Shown here in pieces: positions 25,301 through 41,200 of a stretch of DNA of 64,000 bases (within the stretch, counting starts at the first letter, position 1; each line of letters begins with the position of its first letter). Source of the DNA: Eledone cirrhosa (lineage: Eukaryota). A program made the position numbers and the translations under genes. The DNA lies in the NCBI GenBank assembly GCA_964016885.1, contig OZ024741.1, forward strand, positions 209,188,001-209,252,000, read 5' to 3'. The notes below the pieces were generated by a model that saw only the letters and a list, made by a program, of their open reading frames with translations, searched no databases and was not told the origin of the DNA.

Positions 25301-28300
25301 CCCAACTTAACTTAACCGCAACCTAACTTAACCCCAACTTAACTTAACCGCAACTTAACTTAACCCCAACCTAACTTAACCCCAACTTAACTTAACCGCA
25401 ACTTAACTTAACCGCAACCTAACTTAACCCCAGCTTAACTTAACCGCAACTTAACTTAACCGCAACTTAGCTTAACCCCAACCCTTGGTGGGATCGATCT
25501 GTAATTACTGGTACATGTGCAGACACTCATTGGCTGTGTGTGGCCTGATTTTCAGAAAGATATCTCCGTAAAATAACGAGTGTGATGGCTGCGTAAAATA
25601 ATGAATTACGCACGAAAATGAGAAAATTTCGATTCTCGATCGTGGGCCGGCCGGATGTCGCATCGATTCGTAAATAGAAGGATAATGTGCGGACACTCCT
25701 TGGCTGTGTGCGGCATGATTTTCAGGACGATATCTCCGTAAAATCAAGAGTTGATAACCCCAACTTAACTTAACCCCAACTTAACTTAACCGCAACTTAA
25801 CTTAACCGCAACCTAACTTAACCCCAACTTAACTTAACCGCAACCTAACTTAACCCCAACTTAACTTAACCGCAACTTAACTTAACCCCAACCTAACTTA
25901 ACTCCAACTTAACTTAACCGCAACTTAACTTAACCGCAACCTAACTTAACCCCAACTTAATTTAACCGCAACTTAACTTAACCGCAACTTAGCTTAACCC
26001 CAACCCTTGGTGGGATCGATCTGTAATTAATGGTACATGTGCAGACACTCATTGGCTGTGTGTGGCCTGATTTTCAGAAAGATATCTCCGTAAAATAACG
26101 AGTGGTGGCTGCGTAAAATAATGAATTACGCACGAAAATGAGAAAATTTCGATTCTCGATCGTGGGCCGGCCGGATGTCGGATCGATTCGTAAATACAAG
26201 GATAATGTGCGAACACTCCTTGGCTGTGTGCGGCATGATTTTCAGGACGATATCTCCGTAAAATCAAGAGTTGATAACCCCAACTTAACTTAAACCCAAC
26301 TTAACTTAACCGCAACTTTACTTAACCGCAACCTAACTTAACCCCAACTTAACTTAACCGCAACCTAACTTAACCCCAACTTAACTTAACCCCAACTTAA
26401 CTTAACCCCAACCTAACTTAACCCCAACTTAACTTAACCGCAACTTAACTTAACCGCAACCTAACTTAACCCCAACTTAACTTAACCGCAACTTAACTTA
26501 ACCGCAACTTAGCTTAACCCCAACCCTTGGTGGGATCGATCTGTAATTACTGGTACATGTGCAGACACTCATTGGCTGTGTGTGGCCTGATTTTCAGAAA
26601 GATATCTCCGTAAAATAACGAGTGGTGGCTGCGTAAAATAATGAATTACGCACGAAAATGAGAAAATTTCGATTCTCGATCGTGGGCCGGCCGGATGTCG
26701 GATCGATTCGTAAATACAAGGATAATGTGCGGACACTCCTTGGCTGTGTGCGGCATGATTTTCAGGACGATATCTCCGTAAAATCAAGAGTTGATAACCC
26801 CAACTTAACTTAACCCCAACTTAACTTAACCCCAACTTAACTTAACCGCAACCTAACTCAACCCCAACTTAACTTAACCGCAACCTAACTTAACCCCAAC
26901 TTAACTTAACCGCAACTTAACTTAACCGCAACCTAACTTAACCCCAACTTAACTTAACCGCAACTTAACTTAACCGCAACTTAGCTTAACCCCAACCCTT
27001 GGTGGGATCGATCTGTAATTACTGGTACATGTGCAGACACTCATTGGCTGTGTGTGGCCTGATTTTCAGAAAGATATCTCCGTAAAATAACGAGTGGTGG
27101 CTGCGTAAAATAACGAGTGGTGGCTGCGTGAATTACGCACGAAAATGAGAAAATTTCGATTCTCGATCGTGGGCCGGCCGGATGTCGGATCGATTCGTAA
27201 ATACAAGGATAATGTGCGGACACTCCTTGGCTGTGTGCGGCATGATTTTTAGGACGATATCTCCGTAAAATCAAGAGTTGATAACCCCAACTTAACTTAA
27301 CCCCAACTTAACTTAACCGCAACTTAACTTAACCGCAACCTAACTTAACCCCAACTTAACTTAACCGCAACCTAACTTAACCCCAACTTAACTTAACCGC
27401 AACTTAACTTAACCCCAACCTAACTTAACCCCAACTTAACTTAACCGCAACTTAACTTAACCGCAACCTAACTTAACCCCAACTTAACTTAACCGCAACT
27501 TAACTTAATCGCAACTTAGCTTAACCCCAACCCTTGGTGGGATCGATCTGTAATTACTGGTACATGTGCAGACACTCATTGGCTGTGTGTGGCCTGATTT
27601 TCAGAAAGATATCTCCGTAAAATAACGAGTGGTGGCTGCGTAAAATAATGAATTACGCACGAAAATGAGAAAATTTCGATTCTCGATCGTGGGCCGGCCG
27701 GATGTCGGATCGATTCGTAAATACAAGGATAATGTGCTGACACTCCTTGCCTGTGTGCCGCATGATTTTCAGGACGATATCTCCGTAAAATCAAGAGTTG
27801 ATAACCCCAACTTAACTTAACCCCAACTTAACTTAACCGCAACTTAACTTAACCGCAACCTAACTTAACCCCAACTTAACTTAACCGCAACCTAACTTAA
27901 CCCCAACTTAACTTAACCGCAACTTAACTTAACCCCAACCTAACTTAACCCCAACTTAACTTAACCGCAACTTAACTTAACCGCAACCTAACTTAACCCC
28001 AACTTAACTTAACCGCAACTTAACTTAACCGCAACTTAACTTAACCGCAACTTAGCTTAACCCCAACCCTTGGTGGGATCGATCTGTAATTACTGGTACA
28101 TGTGCAGACACTCATTGGCTGTGTGTGGCCTGATTTTCAGATAGATATCTCCGTAAAATAACGAGTGGTGGCTGCGTAAAATAATGAATTACGCACGAAA
28201 ATGAGAAAATTTCGATTCTCGATCGTGGGCCGGCCGGATGTCGGATCGATTCGTAAATGCAAGGATAATGTGCGGACACTCCTTGGCTGTGTGCGGCATG

Positions 28301-31300
28301 ATTTTCAGGACGATATCTCCGTAAAATCAAGAGTTGATAACCCCAACTTAACTTAACCCCAACTTAACTTAACCGCAACTTAACTTAACCGCAACCTAAC
28401 TTAACCCCAACTTAACTTAACCGCAACCTAACTTAACCCCAACTTAACTTAACCGCAACTTAACTTAACCCCAACCTAACTTAACCCCAACTTAACTTAA
28501 CCGCAACTTAACTTAACCGCAACCTAACTTAACCCCAGCTTAACTTAACCGCAACTTAACTTAACCGCAACTTAGCTTAACCCCAACCCTTGGTGGGATC
28601 GATCTGTAATTACTGGTACATGTGCAGACACTCATTGGCTGTGTGTGGCCTGATTTTCAGAAAGATATCTCCGTAAAATAACGAGTGTGATGGCTGCGTA
28701 AAATAATGAATTACGCACGAAAATGAGAAAATTTCGATTCTCGATCGTGGGCCGGCCGGATGTCGCATCGATTCGTAAATAGAAGGATAATGTGCGGACA
28801 CTCCTTGGCTGTGTGCGGCATGATTTTCAGGACGATATTTCCGTAAAATCAAGAGTTGATAACCCCAACTTAACTTAACCCCAACTTAACTTAACCCCAA
28901 CTTAACTTAACCCCAACTTAACTTAACCGCAACTTAACTTAACCGCAACCTCACTTAACCCCAACTTAACTTAACCGCAACCTAACTTAACCACAACTTA
29001 ACTTAACCGCAACTTTACTTAACCCCAACCTAACTTAACCCCAACTTAACTTAACCGCAACTTAACTTAACCGCAACCTAACTTAACCCCAACTTAACTT
29101 AACCGCAACTTAACTTAACCGCAACTTAGCTTAACCCCAACCCTTGGTGGGATCGATCTGTAATTACTGGTACATGTGCAGACACTCATTGGCTGTGTGT
29201 GGCCTGATTTTCAGAAAGATATCTCCGTAAAATAACGAGTGGTGGCTGCGTAAAATAATGAATTACACACGAAAATGAGAAAATTTCGATTCTCGATCGT
29301 GGGCCGGCCGGATGTCGGATCGATTCGTAAATACAAGGATAATGTGCGGACACTCCTTGGCTGTGTGCGGCATGATTTTCAGGACGATATCTCCGTAAAA
29401 TCAAGAGTTGATAACCCCAACTTAACTTAACCCCAACTTAACTTAACCGCAACTTAACTTAACCGCAACCTAACTTAACCCCAACTTAACTTAACCGCAA
29501 CCTAACTTAACCCCAACTTAACTTAACCGCAACTTAACTTAACCGCAACTTAGCTTAACCCCAACCTTTGGTGGGATCGATCTGTAATTACTGGTACATG
29601 TGCAGACACTGATTGGCTGTGTGTGGCCTGATTTTCAGAAAGATATCTCCGTAAAATAACGAGTGGTGGCTGCGTAAAATAATGAATTACGCACGAAAAT
29701 GAGAAAATTTCGATTCTCGATCGTGGGCCGGCCGGATGTCTGATCGATTCGTAAATACAAACAAGGATAATGTGCGGACACTCCTTGGCTGTGTGCGGCA
29801 TGATTTTCAGGACGATATCTCCGTAAAATCAAGAGTTGATAACCCCAACTTAACTTAACCCCAACTTAACTTAACCGCAACTTAACTTAACCGCAACCTA
29901 ACTTAACCCCAACTTAACTTAACCGCAACCTAACTTAACCCCAACTTAACTTAACCGCAACTTAACTTAACCCCAACCTAACTTAACCCCAACTTAACTT
30001 AACCGCAACTTAAATTAACCGCAACCTAACTTAACCCCAACTTAACTTAACCGCAACTTAACTTAACCGCAACTTAGCTTAACCCCAACCCTTGGTGGGA
30101 TCGATCTGTAATTACTGGTACATGTGCAGACACTCATTGGCTGTGTGTGGCCTGATTTTCAGAAAGATATCTCCGTAAAATAACGAGTGGTGGCTGCGTA
30201 AAATAAGGAATTACGCACGAAAATGAGAAAATTTCGATTCTCGATCGTGGGCCGGCCGGATGTCGCATCGATTCGTAAATAGAAGGATAATGTGCGGACA
30301 CTCCTTGGCTGTGTGCGGCATGATTTTCAGGACGATATTTCCGTAAAATCAAGAGTTGATAACCCCAACTTAACTTAACCCCAACTTAACTTAACCCCAA
30401 CTTAACTTAACCGCAACCTAACTTAACCCCAACTTAACTTAACCCCAACCTAACTTAACCCCAACTTAACTTAACCGCAACTTAACTTAACCGCAACCTA
30501 ACTTAACCCCAACTTAACTTAACCGCAACTTACCTTAACCGCAACTTAGCTTAACCCCAACCCTTGGTGGGATCGATCTGTAATTACTGGTACATGTGCA
30601 GACACTCATTGGCTGTGTGTGGCCTGATTTTCAGAAAGATATCTCCGTAAAATAACGAGTGGTGGCTGCGTAAAATAATGAATTACGCACGAAAATGAGA
30701 AAATTTCGATTCTCGATCGTGGGCCGGCCGGATGTCGGATCGATTCGTAAATACAAGGATAATGTGCGGACACTCCTTGGCTGTGTGCGGCATGATTTTC
30801 AGGACGATATCTCCGTAAAATCAAGAGTTGATAACCCCAACTTAACTTAACCCCAACTTAACTTAACCGCAACTTAACTTAACCGCAACCTAACTTAACC
30901 CCAACTTAACTTAACCGCAACCTAACTTAACCCCAACTTAACTTAACCGCAACTTAACTTAACCCCAACCTAACTTAACTCCAACTTAACTTAACCGCAA
31001 CTTAACTTAACCGCAACCTAACTTAACCCCAACTTAATTTAACCGCAACTTAACTTAACCGCAACTTAGCTTAACCCCAACCCTTGGTGGGATCGATCTG
31101 TAATTAATGGTACATGTGAAGACACTCATTGGCTGTGTGTGGCCTGATTTTCAGAAAGATATCTCCGTAAAATAACGAGTGGTGGCTGCGTAAAATAATG
31201 AATTACGCACGAAAATGAGAAAATTTCGATTCTCGATCGTGGGCCGGCCGGATGTCGGATCGATTCGTAAATACAAGGATAATGTGCGGACACTCCTTGG

Positions 31301-34300
31301 CTGTGTGCGGCATGATTTTCAGGACGATATCTCCGTAAAATCAAGAGTTGATAACCCCAACTTAACTTAACCCCAACTTAACTTAACCGCAACTTAACTT
31401 AACCGCAACCTAACTTAACCCCAACTTAACTTAACCGCAACCTAACTTAACCCCAACTTAACTTAACCGCAACTTAACTTAACCCCAACCTAACTTAACC
31501 CCAACTTAACTTAACCGCAACTTAACTTAACCGCAACCTAACTTAACCCCAACTTAACTTAACCGCAACTTAACTTAACCGCAACTTAGCTTAACCCCAA
31601 CCCTTGGTGGGATCGATCTGTAATTACTGGTACATGTGCAGACACTCATTGGCTGTGTGTGGCCTGATTTTCAGAAAGATATCTCCGTAAAATAACGAGT
31701 GGTGGCTGCGTAAAATAATGAATTACGCACGAAAATGAGAAAATTTCGATTCTCGATCGTGGGCCGGCCGGATGTCGGATCGATTCGTAAATACAAGGAT
31801 AATGTGCGGACACTCCTTGGCTGTGTGCGGCATGATTTTCAGGACGATATCTCCGTAAAATCAAGAGTTGATAACCCCAACTTAACTTAACCCCAACTTA
31901 ACTTAACCGCAACTTAACTTAACCGCAACCTAACTTAACCCCAACTTAACTTAACCGCAACCTAACTTAACCCCAACTTAACTTAACCGCAACTTAACTT
32001 AACCCCAACCTAACTTAACCCCAACTTAACTTAACCGCAACTTAACTTAACCGCAACCTAACTTAACCCCAACTTAACTTAACCGCAACTTAACTTAACC
32101 GCAACTTAGCTTAACCCCAACCCTTGGTGGGATCGATCTGTAATTACTGGTACATGTGCAGACACTCATTGGCTGTGTGTGGCCTGATTTTCAGATAGAT
32201 ATCTCCGTAAAATAACGAGTGGTGGCTGCGTAAAATAATGAATTACGCACGAAAATGAGAAAATTTCGATTCTCGATCGTGGGCCGGCCGGATGTCGGAT
32301 CGATTCGTAAATGCAAGGATAATGTGCGGACACTCCTTGGCTGTGTGCGGCATGATTTTCAGGACGATATCTCCGTAAAATCAAGAGTTGATAACCCCAA
32401 CTTAACTTAACCCCAACTTAACTTAACCGCAACTTAACTTAACCGCAACCTAACTTAACCCCAACTTAACTTAACCGCAACCTAACTTAACCCCAACTTA
32501 ACTTAACCGCAACTTAACTTAACCCCAACCTAACTTAACCCCAACTTAACTTAACCGCAACTTAACTTAACCGCAACCTAACTTAACCCCAGCTTAACTT
32601 AACCGCAACTTAACTTAACCGCAACTTAGCTTAACCCCAACCCTTGGTGGGATCGATCTGTAATTACTGGTACATGTGCAGACACTCATTGGCTGTGTGT
32701 GGCCTGATTTTCAGAAAGATATCTCCGTAAAATAACGAGTGTGATGGCTGCGTAAAATAATGAATTACGCACGAAAATGAGAAAATTTCGATTCTCGATC
32801 GTGGGCCGGCCGGATGTCGCATCGATTCGTAAATAGAAGGATAATGTGCGGACACTCCTTGGCTGTGTGCGGCATGATTTTCAGGACGATATTTCCGTAA
32901 AATCAAGAGTTGATAACCCCAACTTAACTTAACCCCAACTTAACTTAACCCCAACTTAACTTAACCCCAACTTAACTTAACCGCAACTTAACTTAACCGC
33001 AACCTCACTTAACCCCAACTTAACTTAACCGCAACCTAACTTAACCACAACTTAACTTAACCGCAACTTAACTTAACCCCAACCTAACTTAACCCCAACT
33101 TAACTTAACCGCAACTTAACTTAACCGCAACCTAACTTAACCCCAACTTAATTTAACCGCAACTTAACTTAACCGCAACTTAGCTTAACCCCAACCCTTG
33201 GTGGGATCGATCTGTAATTAATGGTACATGTGAAGACACTCATTGGCTGTGTGTGGCCTGATTTTCAGAAAGATATCTCCGTAAAATAACGAGTGGTGGC
33301 TGCGTAAAATAATGAATTACGCACGAAAATGAGAAAATTTCGATTCTCGATCGTGGGCCGGCCGGATGTCGGATCGATTCGTAAATACAAGGATAATGTG
33401 CGGACACTCCTTGGCTGTGTGCGGCATGATTTTCAGGACGATATCTCCGTAAAATCAAGAGTTGATAACCCCAACTTAACTTAACCCCAACTTAACTTAA
33501 CCGCAACTTAACTTAACCGCAACCTAACTTAACCCCAACTTAACTTAACCGCAACCTAACTTAACCCCAACTTAACTTAACCGCAACTTAACTTAACCCC
33601 AACCTAACTTAACCCCAACTTAACTTAACCGCAACTTAACTTAACCGCAACCTAACTTAACCCCAACTTAACTTAACCGCAACTTAACTTAACCGCAACT
33701 TAGCTTAACCCCAACCCTTGGTGGGATCGATCTGTAATTACTGGTACATGTGCAGACACTCATTGGCTGTGTGTGGCCTGATTTTCAGAAAGATATCTCC
33801 GTAAAATAACGAGTGGTGGCTGCGTAAAATAATGAATTACGCACGAAAATGAGAAAATTTCGATTCTCGATCGTGGGCCGGCCGGATGTCGGATCGATTC
33901 GTAAATACAAGGATAATGTGCGGACACTCCTTGGCTGTGTGCCGCATGATTTTCAGGACGATATCTCCGTAAAATCAAGAGTTGATAACCCCAACTTAAC
34001 TTAACCCCAACTTAACTTAACCGCAACTTAACTTAACCGCAACCTAACTTAACCCCAACTTAACTTAACCGCAACCTAACTTAACCCCAACTTAACTTAA
34101 CCGCAACTTAACTTAACCCCAACCTAACTTAACCCCAACTTAACTTAACCGCAACTTAACTTAACCGCAACCTAACTTAACCCCAACTTAACTTAACCGC
34201 AACTTAACTTAACCGCAACTTAGCTTAACCCCAACCCTTGGTGGGATCGATCTGTAATTACTGGTACATGTGCAGACACTCATTGGCTGTGTGTGGCCTG

Positions 34301-35299
34301 ATTTTCAGAAAGATATCTCCGTAAAATAACGAGTGGTGGCTGCGTAAAATAATGAATTACGCACGAAAATGAGAAAATTTCGATTCTCGATCGTGGGCCG
34401 GCCGGATGTCGGATCGATTCGTAAATACAAGGATAATGTGCGGACACTCCTTGGCTGTGTGCGGCATGATTTTCAGGACGATATCTCCGTAAAATCAAGA
34501 GTTGATAACCCCAACTTAACTTAACCCCAACTTAACTTAACCGCAACTTAACTTAACCGCAACCTAACTTAACCCCAACTTAACTTAACCGCAACCTAAC
34601 TTAACCCCAACTTAACTTAACCGCAACCTAACTTAACCCCAACTTAACTTAACCGCAACTTAACTTAACCCCAACCTAACTTAACCCCAACTTAACTTAA
34701 CCGCAACTTAACTTAACCGCAACCTAACTTAACCCCAACTTAACTTAACCGCAACTTAACTTAACCGCAACTTAGCTTAACCCCAACCCTTGGTGGGATC
34801 GATCTGTAATTACTGGTACATGTGCAGACACTCATTGGCTGTGTGTGGCCTGATTTTCAGATAGATATCTCCGTAAAATAACGAGTGGTGGCTGCGTAAA
34901 ATAATGAATTACGCACGAAAATGAGAAAATTTCGATTCTCGATCGTGGGCCGGCCGGATGTCGGATCGATTCGTAAATGCAAGGATAATGTGCGGACACT
35001 CCTTGGCTGTGTGCGGCATGATTTTCAGGACGATATCTCCGTAAAATCAAGAGTTGATAACCCCAACTTAACTTAACCCCAACTTAACTTAACCGCAACT
35101 TAACTTAACCGCAACCTAACTTAACCCCAACTTAACTTAACCGCAACCTAACTTAACCCCAACTTAACTTAACCGCAACTTAACTTAACCCCAACCTAAC
35201 TTAACCCCAACTTAACTTAACCGCAACTTAACTTAACCGCAACCTAACTTAACCCCAGCTTAACTTAACCGCAACTTAACTTAACCGCAACTTAGCTTA

Positions 35300-38200
35300 A
35301 CCCCAACCCTTGGTGGGATCGATCTGTAATTACTGGTACATGTGCAGACACTCATTGGCTGTGTGTGGCCTGATTTTCAGAAAGATATCTCCGTAAAATA
35401 ACGAGTGTGATGGCTGCGTAAAATAATGAATTACGCACGAAAATGAGAAAATTTCGATTCTCGATCGTGGGCCGGCCGGATGTCGCATCGATTCGTAAAT
35501 AGAAGGATAATGTGCGGACACTCCTTGGCTGTGTGCGGCATGATTTTCAGGACGATATTTCCGTAAAATCAAGAGTTGATAACCCCAACTTAACTTAACC
35601 CCAACTTAACTTAACCCCAACTTAACTTAACCCCAACTTAACTTAACCGCAACTTAACTTAACCGCAACCTCACTTAACCCCAACTTAACTTAACCGCAA
35701 CCTAACTTAACCACAACTTAACTTAACCGCAACTTAACTTAACCCCAACCTAACTTAACCCCAACTTAACTTAACCGCAACTTAACTTAACCGCAACCTA
35801 ACTTAACCCCAACTTAACTTAACCGCAACTTAACTTAACCGCAACTTAGCTTAACCCCAACCCTTGGTGGGATCGATCTGTAATTACTGGTACATGTGCA
35901 GACACTCATTGGCTGTGTGTGGCCTGATTTTCAGAAAGATATCTCCGTAAAATAACGAGTGGTGGCTGCGTAAAATAATGAATTACACACGAAAATGAGA
36001 AAATTTCGATTCTCGATCGTGGGCCGGCCGGATGTCGGATCGATTCGTAAATACAAGGATAATGTGCGGACACTCCTTGGCTGTGTGCGGCATGATTTTC
36101 AGGACGATATCTCCGTAAAATCAAGAGTTGATAACCCCAACTTAACTTAACCCCAACTTAACTTAACCGCAACTTAACTTAACCGCAACCTAACTTAACC
36201 CCAACTTAACTTAACCGCAACCTAACTTAACCCCAACTTAACTTAACCGCAACTTAACTTAACCGCAACTTAGCTTAACCCCAACCCTTGGTGGGATCGA
36301 TCTGTAATTACTGGTACATGTGCAGACACTGATTGGCTGTGTGTGGCCTGATTTTCAGAAAGATATCTCCGTAAAATAACGAGTGGTGGCTGCGTAAAAT
36401 AATGAATTACGCACGAAAATGAGAAAATTTCGATTCTCGATCGTGGGCCGGCCGGATGTCTGATCGATTCGTAAATACAAACAAGGATAATGTGCGGACA
36501 CTCCTTGGCTGTGTGCGGCATGATTTTCAGGACGATATCTCCGTAAAATCAAGAGTTGATAACCCCAACTTAACTTAACCCCAACTTAACTTAACCGCAA
36601 CTTAACTTAACCGCAACCTAACTTAACCCCAACTTAACTTAACCGCAACCTAACTTAACCCCAACTTAACTTAACCGCAACTTAACTTAACCGCAACTTA
36701 ACTTAACCGCAACCTAACTTAACCCCAACTTAACTTAACCGCAACTTAACTTAACCGCAACTTAGCTTAACCCCAACCCTTGGTGGGATCGATCTGTAAT
36801 TACTGGTACATGTGCAGACACTCATTGGCTGTGTGTGGCCTGATTTTCAGAAAGATATCTCCGTAAAATAACGAGTGGTGGCTGCGTAAAATAATGAATT
36901 ACGCACGAAAATGAGAAAATTTCGATTCTCGATCGTGGGCCGGCCGGATGTCGCATCGATTCGTAAATAGAAGGATAATGTGCGGACACTCCTTGGCTGT
37001 GTGCGGCATGATTTTCAGGACGATATTTCCGTAAAATCAAGAGTTGATAACCCCAACTTAACTTAACCCCAACTTAACTTAACCCCAACTTAACTTAACC
37101 GCAACCTAACTTAACCCCAACTTAATTTAACCCCAACCTAACTTAACCCCAACTTAACTTAACCGCAACTTAACTTAACCGCAACCTAACTTAACCCCAA
37201 CTTAACTTAACCGCAACTTAACTTAACCGCAACTTAGCTTAACCCCAACCCTTGGTGGGATCGATCTGTAATTACTGGTACATGTGCAGACACTCATTGG
37301 CTGTGTGTGGCCTGATTTTCAGAAAGATATCTCCGTAAAATAACGAGTGGTGGCTGCGTAAAATAATGAATTACGCACGAAAATGAGAAAATTTCGATTC
37401 TCGATCGTGGGCCGGCCGGATGTCGGATCGATTCGTAAATACAAGGATAATGTGCGGACACTCCTTGGCTGTGTGCGGCATGATTTTCAGGACGATATCT
37501 CCGTAAAATCAAGAGTTGATAACCCCAACTTAACTTAACCCCAACTTAACTTAACCGCAACTTAACTTAACCGCAACCTAACTTAACCCCAACTTAACTT
37601 AACCGCAACCTAACTTAACCCCAACTTAACTTAACCGCAACTTAACTTAACCCCAACCTAACTTAACTCCAACTTAACTTAACCGCAACTTAACTTAACC
37701 GCAACCTAACTTAACCCCAACTTAATTTAACCGCAACTTAACTTAACCGCAACTTAGCTTAACCCCAACCCTTGGTGGGATCGATCTGTAATTAATGGTA
37801 CATGTGCAGACACTCATTGGCTGTGTGTGGCCTGATTTTCAGAAAGATATCTCCGTAAAATAACGAGTGGTGGCTGCGTAAAATAATGAATTACGCACGA
37901 AAATGAGAAAATTTCGATTCTCGATCGTGGGCCGGCCGGATGTCGGATCGATTCGTAAATACAAGGATAATGTGCGAACACTCCTTGGCTGTGTGCGGCA
38001 TGATTTTCAGGACGATATCTCCGTAAAATCAAGAGTTGATAACCCCAACTTAACTTAACCCCAACTTAACTTAACCGCAACTTTACTTAACCGCAACCTA
38101 ACTTAACCCCAACTTAACTTAACCGCAACCTAACTTAACCCCAACTTAACTTAACCCCAACTTAACTTAACCCCAACCTAACTTAACCCCAACTTAACTT

Positions 38201-41200
38201 AACCGCAACTTAACTTAACCGCAACCTAACTTAACCCCAACTTAACTTAACCGCAACTTAACTTAACCGCAACTTAGCTTAACCCCAACCCTTGGTGGGA
38301 TCGATCTGTAATTACTGGTACATGTGCAGACACTCATTGGCTGTGTGTGGCCTGATTTTCAGAAAGATATCTCCGTAAAATAACGAGTGGTGGCTGCGTA
38401 AAATAATGAATTACGCACGAAAATGAGAAAATTTCGATTCTCGATCGTGGGCCGGCCGGATGTCGGATCGATTCGTAAATACAAGGATAATGTGCGGACA
38501 CTCCTTGGCTGTGTGCGGCATGATTTTCAGGACGATATCTCCGTAAAATCAAGAGTTGATAACCCCAACTTAACTTAACCCCAACTTAACTTAACCCCAA
38601 CTTAACTTAACCGCAACCTAACTCAACCCCAACTTAACTTAACCGCAACCTAACTTAACCCCAACTTAACTTAACCGCAACTTAACTTAACCGCAACCTA
38701 ACTTAACCCCAACTTAACTTAACCGCAACTTAACTTAACCGCAACTTAGCTTAACCCCAACCCTTGGTGGGATCGATCTGTAATTACTGGTACATGTGCA
38801 GACACTCATTGGCTGTGTGTGGCCTGATTTTCAGAAAGATATCTCCGTAAAATAACGAGTGGTGGCTGCGTAAAATAACGAGTGGTGGCTGCGTGAATTA
38901 CGCACGAAAATGAGAAAATTTCGATTCTCGATCGTGGGCCGGCCGGATGTCGGATCGATTCGTAAATACAAGGATAATGTGCGGACACTCCTTGGCTGTG
39001 TGCGGCATGATTTTTAGGACGATATCTCCGTAAAATCAAGAGTTGATAACCCCAACTTAACTTAACCCCAACTTAACTTAACCGCAACTTAACTTAACCG
39101 CAACCTAACTTAACCCCAACTTAACTTAACCGCAACCTAACTTAACCCCAACTTAACTTAACCGCAACTTAACTTAACCCCAACCTAACTTAACCCCAAC
39201 TTAACTTAACCGCAACTTAACTTAACCGCAACCTAACTTAACCCCAACTTAACTTAACCGCAACTTAACTTAATCGCAACTTAGCTTAACCCCAACCCTT
39301 GGTGGGATCGATCTGTAATTACTGGTACATGTGCAGACACTCATTGGCTGTGTGTGGCCTGATTTTCAGAAAGATATCTCCGTAAAATAACGAGTGGTGG
39401 CTGCGTAAAATAATGAATTACGCACGAAAATGAGAAAATTTCGATTCTCGATCGTGGGCCGGCCGGATGTCGGATCGATTCGTAAATACAAGGATAATGT
39501 GCTGACACTCCTTGCCTGTGTGCCGCATGATTTTCAGGACGATATCTCCGTAAAATCAAGAGTTGATAACCCCAACTTAACTTAACCCCAACTTAACTTA
39601 ACCGCAACTTAACTTAACCGCAACCTAACTTAACCCCAACTTAACTTAACCGCAACCTAACTTAACCCCAACTTAACTTAACCGCAACTTAACTTAACCC
39701 CAACCTAACTTAACCCCAACTTAACTTAACCGCAACTTAACTTAACCGCAACCTAACTTAACCCCAACTTAACTTAACCGCAACTTAACTTAACCGCAAC
39801 TTAACTTAACCGCAACTTAGCTTAACCCCAACCCTTGGTGGGATCGATCTGTAATTACTGGTACATGTGCAGACACTCATTGGCTGTGTGTGGCCTGATT
39901 TTCAGATAGATATCTCCGTAAAATAACGAGTGGTGGCTGCGTAAAATAATGAATTACGCACGAAAATGAGAAAATTTCGATTCTCGATCGTGGGCCGGCC
40001 GGATGTCGGATCGATTCGTAAATGCAAGGATAATGTGCGGACACTCCTTGGCTGTGTGCGGCATGATTTTCAGGACGATATCTCCGTAAAATCAAGAGTT
40101 GATAACCCCAACTTAACTTAACCCCAACTTAACTTAACCGCAACTTAACTTAACCGCAACCTAACTTAACCCCAACTTAACTTAACCGCAACCTAACTTA
40201 ACCCCAACTTAACTTAACCGCAACTTAACTTAACCCCAACCTAACTTAACCCCAACTTAACTTAACCGCAACTTAACTTAACCGCAACCTAACTTAACCC
40301 CAGCTTAACTTAACCGCAACTTAACTTAACCGCAACTTAGCTTAACCCCAACCCTTGGTGGGATCGATCTGTAATTACTGGTACATGTGCAGACACTCAT
40401 TGGCTGTGTGTGGCCTGATTTTCAGAAAGATATCTCCGTAAAATAACGAGTGTGATGGCTGCGTAAAATAATGAATTACGCACGAAAATGAGAAAATTTC
40501 GATTCTCGATCGTGGGCCGGCCGGATGTCGCATCGATTCGTAAATAGAAGGATAATGTGCGGACACTCCTTGGCTGTGTGCGGCATGATTTTCAGGACGA
40601 TATTTCCGTAAAATCAAGAGTTGATAACCCCAACTTAACTTAACCCCAACTTAACTTAACCCCAACTTAACTTAACCCCAACTTAACTTAACCGCAACTT
40701 AACTTAACCGCAACCTCACTTAACCCCAACTTAACTTAACCGCAACCTAACTTAACCACAACTTAACTTAACCGCAACTTTACTTAACCCCAACCTAACT
40801 TAACCCCAACTTAACTTAACCGCAACTTAACTTAACCGCAACCTAACTTAACCCCAACTTAACTTAACCGCAACTTAACTTAACCGCAACTTAGCTTAAC
40901 CCCAACCCTTGGTGGGATCGATCTGTAATTACTGGTACATGTGCAGACACTCATTGGCTGTGTGTGGCCTGATTTTCAGAAAGATATCTCCGTAAAATAA
41001 CGAGTGGTGGCTGCGTAAAATAATGAATTACACACGAAAATGAGAAAATTTCGATTCTCGATCGTGGGCCGGCCGGATGTCGGATCGATTCGTAAATACA
41101 AGGATAATGTGCGGACACTCCTTGGCTGTGTGCGGCATGATTTTCAGGACGATATCTCCGTAAAATCAAGAGTTGATAACCCCAACTTAACTTAACCCCA

